A DNA stretch of 64,000 nucleotides from Rhodopirellula sp. (GTDB lineage Bacteria > Planctomycetota > Planctomycetia > Pirellulales > Thermoguttaceae): the NCBI GenBank assembly GCA_012728855.1, contig JAAYEH010000400.1, forward strand, positions 34,899 to 98,898. The letters run 5' to 3'. The translations under genes were made by a program, and so were the position numbers. The notes below the pieces were generated by a model, which worked only from the letters and a program-made list of their open reading frames with translations, was not told the DNA's origin and made no database searches. Below, piece by piece: positions 7,777 to 15,361 of this stretch. How positions within the stretch are numbered: the first letter of the stretch is position 1; the number at the start of each line of letters is the position of its first letter.

Positions 7777-10191
7777 TCAGTAGAGCAGGAACTTGGCTCG
7801 CCGCTGGAGAAACACCTGCCGTTCCGGCTCGTACAACGAGACAATTTCCTCCACGGACTTCCCGGCCAGCAGCGCCTCATGAACCTGTTTGTTGCCCAAC
7901 AGATGAAGATACTTTTCGGCGGCCCATTGGTCGGGGAAAAGAATCCGAAGCTGGTGGGCCACCTCCAGCCCCATGCGGACTGACTCCAGCGCCTTGCGAT
8001 CCGTGACCGTGATGCGGACGCCGCGGCAGCGATTGCCGCCGTAGACGCTGGAGTCGGGGGTAAACTCGTCGGGTTCGAAGCGGACTCCCGCCATCGCCGC
8101 CGCGTTGAGCTTGTCGGCGAGCTTTTCGCCGTCGAGCCAAGGGGCGCCGAAATGCTCGAAGGGCGTCGCCGTGCCGCGGCCGACTGAGAGGTTCGTCGTC
8201 TCCAACATACCGATGCCGGGATAGAGAATGGCCTCGGTAAGGCTCCGCATGTTGGGCGACGGGTTGACCCACCCGAGGCCCGTCTCGTCGAAGAACATCT
8301 CCCGCCGCCAACCCTCGACGCGAATCACCTCCAGATCGAGGTCCAGCTTCAGTTCTTCGCGGAACATGCGGGCCAGTTCGCCGATGGTCATCCCGTGGCG
8401 GACCGGCAGGCGGTGGAAGCCGACGAACGATTCGCGTCCGGCATCCAACAACGGCCCGGCGACGTCGATGCCGTTGATCGGATTCGGCCGGTCGAGAACC
8501 ACGAAGCGCTTGCCGCCGTCGGCCGCCGCCTGCATGGCATAGCCCATCGTGGAGATGTACGTGTAGTAGCGGGTGCCGATGTCCTGGATGTCGAAGACGA
8601 TGGTGTCCAGGTCGCGGAGCATCTCGGCGGTGGGCTTGCGGGTCTTGCCGTAGAGGCTCCAGACGTGCAAGCCGGTCGTTGGATCGCGGGTGTCGCCGAT
8701 GTTGCCGACGTCGAGCTTGCCTTCGATGCCGTGTTCGGGACTGAAAAGGGCAACCAGGCGCACATTCTCGGCGTCGTGGAGTAGTTTGGCCGTGCCGACT
8801 CCCTCGCGATTGATGCCGGTCTGGTTGGTAATCAAGCCCGTGCGGCGGCCTGCAAGTTGCCGGAAGCCGTCGCGCTGGAGTACGTCGATGCCGGCGAGCA
8901 CACCGGCGGCGGCCTGCCGCGCTGGCCGGTCGAGAATCGCCTCGGCGGCCACGGTGGCAATGCGGCCGGCCAAGGGATTCACTGAGCCCTTGCCGTCGGG
9001 ATGCAGCCGGCTGCTGAGGAAGATGAAGAAAAGGTCCAATTCGGGATCGACCCATAGCACGGTTCCGGTGAACCCGCCGTGGCCGAAGGCGCGAGGCGAA
9101 AGGGCCTGGCCGCGGTTGGTCGAGTATCCGCTGCGGACGTCCCAGCCGAGGCCCCGCAGGCCGCGTCCGGCCGGGTAGCCGCGAGTCATTCCCGCGACCG
9201 TCTCTTCGCGGAGGATACGGGCGCTGCCATACTGTCCATGGTTGAGCAGCATCTGGGCATACACCGCCAGGTCGCCGGCCGTGGAAAAGAGCCCCGCATG
9301 GCCGGCCACGCCGCCCAACAGGTAGGCGCGGGGGTCGTGGACCTCGCCCACCATCCAGCCGTCGTCGCGCCGCTCGGTCGGGACGGCTCGGCAGCGCAGT
9401 GCTCCGGGCGGAAGATAGCCGGTTGCGGTCATGCCCAGGGGCTGGAAGATGCGATGCCGTGCGAAGACATCCAGCGGCTCGCCGGAGATCTTCTCGACAA
9501 GCTTTCCGAGCACCTCGAAGCCGACGTCGGAGTAGATGAACTCCTCGCCCGCCGCCTTGCGAGGCGTCGAAGCGAAGATCCGCCGCCAGGCTTCCTCCGG
9601 ACCATCGGAGTAATCGCCCAGCGAATTGTCCGGGATCAGCCCGCCCTGGTGCGTAAGCAGGTGGAAGACGGTGATCGGTTCCTTGCCTCCAGCGGCGAAT
9701 TCGGGGAGGTGGTCGGCCACGCGATCGTTGAGCTTGAGCTTGCCGTCGTCGATCAGGAGCATGACGCTGGTGGCGGTGGCCACCGGCTTGGTGAGCGACG
9801 CCAGATCAAAGACCGCGTCGGTGGTCATGGCGATTTCTTCCGGATCGACCTGCCGCAGCCCGTACGCTTTTTGGAAGGCGATCTTGCCGTGGCGACCGAT
9901 CGTCACCACGCAGCCGGGCATCTCGCCGGCAGCCATGCCGTCGGCAACGATGCGGTCGATCTCGGCAAGCCGGCCGGAGTCGACGTTTACTTCTTTCGGA
10001 GTGGCGGTCGGCAAAGTGGTGTCAGTCGCCGCGGCGATTGAGCAGCACGCCAACACGAGAAGGAGAACGCACTGGTAGGTTCCGCTTGCCGAGCGGAACC
10101 TGGCGCCGAGAATCCCGCTCGGCAAGCGGGATCTACTTTGCGCAACTGCCGAGACCATTCTTTGAGCCGGGCTGAAAAGGTCTAGCCGCAT
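7777..10191 (-). CDS. Fusion protein: beta-lactamase-family serine hydrolase (N-terminal) plus DUF1343 / NamZ-like exo-beta-N-acetylmuramidase (C-terminal)
   Basis: SxxK motif SLTKPV, plus YSDVGF and HGGFTG. C-terminal half has GLITNQTGINREG, LFSPEHGIEGK, DIQDIGTRYYTYISTM (DUF1343). The start is uncertain (10191 or 10158) because a REP doublet lies in the 5' end. Confidence 0.8.
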   Translation of the reverse strand: MRLDLFSPAQRMVSAVAQSRSRLPSGILGARFRSASGTYQCVLLLVLACCSIAAATDTTLPTATPKEVNVDSGRLAEIDRIVADGMAAGEMPGCVVTIGRHGKIAFQKAYGLRQVDPEEIAMTTDAVFDLASLTKPVATATSVMLLIDDGKLKLNDRVADHLPEFAAGGKEPITVFHLLTHQGGLIPDNSLGDYSDGPEEAWRRIFASTPRKAAGEEFIYSDVGFEVLGKLVEKISGEPLDVFARHRIFQPLGMTATGYLPPGALRCRAVPTERRDDGWMVGEVHDPRAYLLGGVAGHAGLFSTAGDLAVYAQMLLNHGQYGSARILREETVAGMTRGYPAGRGLRGLGWDVRSGYSTNRGQALSPRAFGHGGFTGTVLWVDPELDLFFIFLSSRLHPDGKGSVNPLAGRIATVAAEAILDRPARQAAAGVLAGIDVLQRDGFRQLAGRRTGLITNQTGINREGVGTAKLLHDAENVRLVALFSPEHGIEGKLDVGNIGDTRDPTTGLHVWSLYGKTRKPTAEMLRDLDTIVFDIQDIGTRYYTYISTMGYAMQAAADGGKRFVVLDRPNPINGIDVAGPLLDAGRESFVGFHRLPVRHGMTIGELARMFREELKLDLDLEVIRVEGWRREMFFDETGLGWVNPSPNMRSLTEAILYPGIGMLETTNLSVGRGTATPFEHFGAPWLDGEKLADKLNAAAMAGVRFEPDEFTPDSSVYGGNRCRGVRITVTDRKALESVRMGLEVAHQLRILFPDQWAAEKYLHLLGNKQVHEALLAGKSVEEIVSLYEPERQVFLQRRAKFLLY
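10075..10136. repeat. REPIN-like inverted doublet of GTAG-headed REP hairpins
   Basis: GTAG+GGTTCCGCTTGCCGAGCGGAACC (10075-10100). Its inverted partner is ATCCCGCTCGGCAAGCGGGAT+CTAC (10112-10136). Confidence 0.8.
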
Positions 10192-10194
10192 GGT

Positions 10195-11652
10195 CTATTC
10201 CTTGGAAGAGGATGGAAAAAGAAGACTGGCGGTCCAGCCCAGGACGAAGGTACTGGCCGAACCGATCAAAGCATACCAGGGCCAGGCGATCGGCGTCCCA
10301 AACGCCACGAAAGTCAGCACTCCCAGCCCGCCGAGCAGCCCGACCAGGGCCGCCCACTGGGGCACGCCACGGGTGAGAATACCCAAAAAGAAAACGCCCA
10401 AGACCGCACCGGTCGTGAAGCTGGCAATCGCCAGCACGCTGTCGACCACGCTCGCGGCGAGATGCCGACCGGCAATGGCCACAGTGATCTGAATCAGCCC
10501 GAAGACGACGGTGAGAATGCGACCGGCCCAGAGCAAGTGCCGTTTCGAAGGCTCTGTTTTGCGCCATCCGACATAGAAATCGTTGACGGCGGCGGCCGCC
10601 GAGGAGTTGAGCGAGCTGGCCAGAGTCGACATGGCGGCGGCGAGAACGGCCGCCAGCACGATGCCGGTGATCCCGATCGGCAAGTACTCGACGATGAAAC
10701 CGGCGAAAGCGGCGTCGTTCTTAGGCAGAGTCGGCAGCGCCAGATAGTTTTGATAGAAGCAAGCCAGGGCCACGCCGACGAAGAGAAACAGCGCAAACTG
10801 GGCCGCCACGACAAACCCGCTGATCCCCAACGCCAAGGCCGCTCTCTGGCAACTGCCGGCGGAGAGATAACGCTGCACCATCATCTGGTCGGCGCCGTGA
10901 GTGGCCAGCGCCAGGAAGACGCCGCCGAGCAGCCCGGACCAGAAGGTATAGGGCCTGGCGAAATCAAAACCGAAATCCAGCAGGCGAAACTTCTCGTGCT
11001 GCTGGGCGAAATCGGCAAGCTGCGTCCAGCCGCCGGGCAGTCGATCGAGAATGACCCAGGCGGCCAGGATCGCGCCGAGGATGTAGATGACGAACTGGAT
11101 GCAGTCGTTCCACACCACCGACCGCATGCCGCCAAACACGGTGTAGAGAACGGTCGCCATCCCCATCACCAGGATCGCCGCGGCCAGATCGATGCCCATC
11201 AACTTCTGAAGCACGATGGCGGTGAGGTACAGTCGCAAACCGTCGGCCAGATTGCGGGTGACCAAGAAGAGCAGCGAGGCGGCCTGCCTGGTCGAGCCGC
11301 CGAAGCGGCGATGGAGCACTTCGTAGGCCGTGAAGAGGTCTCCGCGGAAATACTGCGGCAGAAGCAAGAAGATGACGGCGAAGCGGCCGACGATCAGGCC
11401 GATGGCCAGTTGCAGGAAGGTGAAGTTTCCGCCTTCCGGATTGAACGCCAGCCCCGGAACGCTCAGGAAGGTGACCGTGCTCGTCTCGGTAGCCACGATC
11501 GACAGCAAAACTGCCCACCAAGGCAAGTTGCGGTCGCCGAGCAGATAGTCGGCCAGGTCGCGTTGGCCGCGGCCCAGCCAGAGCCCCAATGCCACCACGC
11601 CGAGCAAGTAAGCCAGGAGGATCGCCGTGTCGATTCCGCCGATGGATACCAT
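10195..11652 (-). CDS. Sodium:solute symporter family (SSF) transporter
   Basis: MVSIGGIDTAILLAYLLGVVALGLWLGRGQRDLADYLLGDRNLPWWAVLLSIVATETSTVTFLSVPG, with multiple TM segments. Its stop lies 3 nt before the ATG of the downstream hydrolase/NamZ gene. An alternative TTG start exists at 11667. Confidence 0.8.
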   Translation of the reverse strand: MVSIGGIDTAILLAYLLGVVALGLWLGRGQRDLADYLLGDRNLPWWAVLLSIVATETSTVTFLSVPGLAFNPEGGNFTFLQLAIGLIVGRFAVIFLLLPQYFRGDLFTAYEVLHRRFGGSTRQAASLLFLVTRNLADGLRLYLTAIVLQKLMGIDLAAAILVMGMATVLYTVFGGMRSVVWNDCIQFVIYILGAILAAWVILDRLPGGWTQLADFAQQHEKFRLLDFGFDFARPYTFWSGLLGGVFLALATHGADQMMVQRYLSAGSCQRAALALGISGFVVAAQFALFLFVGVALACFYQNYLALPTLPKNDAAFAGFIVEYLPIGITGIVLAAVLAAAMSTLASSLNSSAAAAVNDFYVGWRKTEPSKRHLLWAGRILTVVFGLIQITVAIAGRHLAASVVDSVLAIASFTTGAVLGVFFLGILTRGVPQWAALVGLLGGLGVLTFVAFGTPIAWPWYALIGSASTFVLGWTASLLFPSSSKE

Positions 11653-11970
11653 GTCAATCGAGTGCAAGAGGAGTGGTCGCCAAGCTCCCCGCGGGTTGAT
11701 CGTCCCCGCGACTTCGGGCCGTTCCTATTCTGGGCGAACGAGCGACGCACGGCAAGCCTGTCGTGTCGCAGCAGCCCGGCAGCGAGGCCTACCGTTTGTT
11801 AAGAGAGTCGGGCCACACGTCCTCGCGGCGCGCGGAAACCGTGTTTTACGCAACGCATCGCGGTGGTGTTGCATCATCGTGTGGCTGGATGGAAACCTTT
11901 GGTGGGAAGTCGGTTGTGCATGGCAACCAGCTTTTGGATTTTGCACATCCTTTGGAGGGTGTGTTGCACG

Positions 11971-12019
11971 GAGCGGGGAGCGGGGAGCGGGGAGCAGGGA
12001 GCAGGGAGCAGGGAGCAGG
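11971..12019. repeat. Heptanucleotide microsatellite (GAGCGGG)x3 (GAGCAGG)x4
   Basis: Seven perfect head-to-tail heptamers read directly from the sequence. Located in an 830-bp non-coding stretch. Confidence 0.9.
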
Positions 12020-12485
12020 GCGTTGCAGACCGGAGCTTCCGCCTGGATGCGACTGCTGCTGGACGCGGTTGCGCCGCAGAGCAGTTGCAGTCGGAGTCGA
12101 GTTGTCAATGAGCTGCGGAGCCGGGTGAGCGAAAGCGGCGGGATCCGGCCGCGTGGGCAAATGGGATCATTTGTCCATGTAGCAGCATGGCCGATGCGGC
12201 GCGATTTGGCTAGGGAGATTTTTCGGGCCAAGGCTGGCCGTTCTTGCGTGATGGGGCGCTCGGGGTGAAAAGAAAGAAGGAACTGGGACAGAAGAATTGA
12301 TGACAGAAAGATGATCCGCAGACACATACCGCTTGAAGTTGTGGTAGGCCGGATTGCAGTGGTGCGCCCGTGCAACTCCAAGCATTGCGGCACGCGGGAT
12401 GCGGAGCGACACTCTTCGACGGCGCGCGTGAGATTGCCATGCTCTGGCCTTCGACTCCGGACTGCCTCCTCTTACGGATCGGCGT

Positions 12486-12821
12486 TCACGAACTGGACTG
12501 CGTCACGTCGACATGTAGGACGGCATCTTCCAGTAATTGTGCAGCCACCTGCATGGGACTGACACGGCGCTGGGGAGTACTCACTTCGCGGGCCAACGCG
12601 ATGAGCTTCCGCTCCACGTCCTCGCTCATAGGCACCTTGGGATGCCTGGTCCACGTGGAATCCGTCGGCCGTCCCGGCCGTTGTCCCCGGCCAGGCTCCA
12701 ATCGGCGTTGGAGCAACGTGGCCAGCCGGGCCGCCCCAAAGGCGCCCCCGCCCACGTCAGGCACGCGTCCCACAACCTTTGCTCCCATGGCTTCGGCCAC
12801 TTTTTGCACGTTCTTCGCCAT
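12486..12821 (-). CDS. Small conserved hypothetical protein (possible DNA-binding/antitoxin-like; family not named)
   Basis: Strong SD GAGGAGG lies 6 nt before ATG 12821. Sequence MAKNVQKVAEAMGAKVVGRVPDVGGGAFGAARLA..RPGRPTDSTWTRHPKVPMSEDVERKL..VSPMQVAAQLLEDA. The track ORF extends to GTG 12971 (see findings). Confidence 0.5.
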   Translation of the reverse strand: MAKNVQKVAEAMGAKVVGRVPDVGGGAFGAARLATLLQRRLEPGRGQRPGRPTDSTWTRHPKVPMSEDVERKLIALAREVSTPQRRVSPMQVAAQLLEDAVLHVDVTQSSS

Positions 12822-13575
12822 TTCAGACCTCCTCGAGCGGAATTCCAGGGCTCCTGTCACCCACGTATCCTGATCGATCGACGCACCCAATCGATCAACG
12901 CTGGGGATGAAGAACACGAGAAGCGTGGACTCGGATTTGTCAGTGCCAAATAGCTCGGAGTGATTGGCCACTATTGCGCCCTCCCTTTAACGAATTCTCG
13001 CACTTTCTGCCCAGAAAGTCAATCCCGCAGTGCTCCGTCCCACTCTGGCTCTCGACTCTGGCCCCTCCACTCTCGACTCTTCCCGTCAGTTTTGCCAGCC
13101 ACTATCGACTTATTTCAAAATCCCAATTTCGGCAGTGGGGGTGGCTTGACTCCCTTCGAATCCGTGGTACCACCGGGCTATACCGCTGCCGGGAGCGGAT
13201 GTGCCCACAAGTGGGGCTATTGCCGATGCGACGCCGAAGGCTGCCGGGATTGGGATGGGCGTTGGACGGGCTGCGGTCTGAGCTTGGTTGCTGCCGGGCA
13301 GGATGCGCGCGGCAGGTGCGAATTGCTCGCGCGGTTCGAGTTCGGCGGCGAGGTCGATGCCGGTTGCCGAGGTTGCCGAGCGGGAGTGACCGTCTGAGCG
13401 GCATCTCTGCGTCGAGTTTCGACTGTGCGGCCGGCATGTCTCCGCCGAGGTCGCGCTCGGCAAACGGGGCACGGCGGAAGGTGACAGATCGATGTTTTGA
13501 GCCGGCGTCCTTGGCGCCGGAATGGGGTGATTCGTTGAAGCATGGACTGGCCCCCGGCCGTTGCGTGCTGTGTGG

Positions 13576-13647
13576 CACTTCCGCTTGCGATTGAATTGAT
13601 TTTCCGTGCGCGAAGCGCTTACCACAATCGCACGAAGTGCGGAAGTG
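13576..13647. repeat. Imperfect palindrome upstream of the HUH transposase remnant
   Basis: CACTTCCGCTTGCGATTG (13576-13593) and CAATCGCAcgaagtGCGGAAGTG (13625-13647). Confidence 0.55.
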
Positions 13648-13754
13648 TCGCTCGCGCGCTGCCTCCGGTTTTCGCCGCCGCGGGTTGTGTCTGATTCTGC
13701 GGGATGGTCAATCCATCGGTGCGCAAGCACTGCTTGGCGTTGTGGTAAGCTCGG

Positions 13755-14096
13755 TTGGAATGGATAGTCCGTTCAACGCCAAGCAGTGGCACACGGACCG
13801 CAGCCGAACACGCTGAATCGAATCCAACGCAAGCCGTGCCACCCCGCCACTCCGTGTCCAGTGAGGCCGCCGCCCGCGAGAAACATGGCTTCGACCTCTG
13901 GGCTTGGGTCGTCATGCCCGAGCACGTCCACCTGTTGATCTATCCCAAGCTTCCCGGCTATCGCATCGACAAGATCCTGGCGTCGATCAAGAGGCCGGTT
14001 GCCCGGAATGCGATTCCTCAGCGGCACGTGCGGCGTCTGGCACGATGCTTGGGGCTTCGATACGATCGTCGGCTACGGCCGCGGCGGCGCGCTTGA
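13755..14096 (+). pseudogene. IS200/IS605-type Y1 HUH transposase (RAYT-like) remnant
   Basis: REKHGFDLWAWVVMPEHVHLLIYPKLPGYRIDKILASIKRPVARNAI carries the HUH (HVH) block. It has a TTG start right after an in-frame stop. The C-terminal catalytic-Tyr region is missing and the tail is Arg-rich junk. Confidence 0.55.
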
Positions 14097-14472
14097 CGAC
14101 AAGCTGATCCTCGTCGATACGTCCGGCTTGGACGCCTTCGTACTTGGGCGGATGGAAGCGGATTTGAAGGCGAATTTGGAGGAGAACTTGGACGGGGTAA
14201 AGGTGCCGGAGTATACGGTCCTCGCCCACGGATTTGGTACGACAACCATCCGGCAAATTGAGAGGGAGTCGGTTGAAGGAGTCAGCCCAGACAGCGCCGA
14301 TACGGTCAAGCTGACCGACTCGCAATGGAACGACACCCTGGTGGGCGATCCCCAAAAGGCGACGATGAGCGGCGTCGGTTACAGCAATACCGTCATCGGC
14401 TTCCTGTCGATCAGCGCCACGGGCAGCAAGACGGACGACATCCGGAACATCGACGAGGTCTTTGCTTGGTGA
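13999..14472 (+). pseudogene. Orphan coding-like C-terminal fragment (possibly the tail of a large repeat/adhesin-type protein)
   Basis: Balanced amino-acid composition and G/C-rich third codon positions, unlike neighbouring junk ORFs. Sequence FDTIVGYGRGGALDDKLILVDTSGLDAFVL..IGFLSISATGSKTDDIRNIDEVFAW. No credible N-terminus. Confidence 0.3.
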
Positions 14473-14590
14473 GAATAGTCGTGCCCGCACGGCGCGTAGG
14501 GGTGGATTCGTTTTTGCCCCGGCCATCGGCGGCGCCCAATGAGATCGGTGACCGCTGGCGGGGCGGAGGGGACTGGTTGATCTTAGCGAA

Positions 14591-15361
14591 CTAAACCAAC
14601 AGCCGGCTCAAGAATCGCCGGGTTCGCTCTTTCTGCGGAGAATCGAGCACTTGCCCTGGTGGCCCATCCTCGATGACTCGCCCCTCGTCCAGCACGACGA
14701 TGCGGTCAGCCGCATGACGGGCGAAACCCATTTCATGGGTCACGACGATCAGCGTCATGCCGTCGCCGCGGAGATCTTCCAGGACGGCGAGCACCTCGCC
14801 TTTCAATTCGGGGTCGAGCGCGCTGGTGATCTCATCGCAAAGAAGTCCCGCCGGCTGCATGGCCAGAGCGCGGGCGATGGCAACCCGTTGCTTCTGCCCG
14901 CCCGAGAGTTCATTGGGGTAGGCCTCGGCGCGGTCGGCCAGCCCCACGCGTGCGAGCAGAGCCATGCCCCGCTGGCGCGATTCCTCGGCGGATAACCCAA
15001 GCACGTGGCGCGGCGCTTCGACGATATTGCCCAGCGCGGTGAAATGGGGGAAGAGTTGGAAGTCCTGAAAGACCATACCGAAGCGTTGCCGCACTTGACG
15101 GGCGGCCGCCCGCTGGGCGCGGCCGTCGTGAGCTTCGAGGATGTGCGGTCCGACACGGATTCGCCCTTCGTCGAACGGCGTCAGCCCGTTGATGACGCGA
15201 AGCAGCGTCGACTTGCCGCCGCCGCTGGGTCCGACCAGCGCCACCGTTTCGCCGGAAGCGACGCGCAGATCGAGACCGTCGAGGACCGCGCGCCGGCCGA
15301 ACCGTTTGACTACGCCTTCGATTACCACTTCGGCCGCCTGGCTCACGATCCATTTCCCCAT
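14591..15361 (-). CDS. Polar amino-acid ABC transporter ATP-binding protein (GlnQ/HisP-like)
   Basis: Walker A GPSGGGKST, signature LSGGQKQRVAIARAL, Walker B LLCDEITSALD, H-loop VTHEMGFA. ATG 15361 overlaps the permease gene end by 19 nt. Confidence 0.9.
   Translation of the reverse strand: MGKWIVSQAAEVVIEGVVKRFGRRAVLDGLDLRVASGETVALVGPSGGGKSTLLRVINGLTPFDEGRIRVGPHILEAHDGRAQRAAARQVRQRFGMVFQDFQLFPHFTALGNIVEAPRHVLGLSAEESRQRGMALLARVGLADRAEAYPNELSGGQKQRVAIARALAMQPAGLLCDEITSALDPELKGEVLAVLEDLRGDGMTLIVVTHEMGFARHAADRIVVLDEGRVIEDGPPGQVLDSPQKERTRRFLSRLLV

Noticed and set aside
11971-12019. Possibility that the tandem repeat is a CRISPR array.
   Set aside because: The units are 7 nt with no spacers, and there are no cas genes in the window. 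It is a microsatellite.
12974-13730. Overlapping 158-206 aa ORFs on both strands in the decay zone.
   Set aside because: They are rich in Arg, Pro, Ser and Cys, lack motifs, and mutually overlap in all frames. They are treated as non-coding or decayed sequence.
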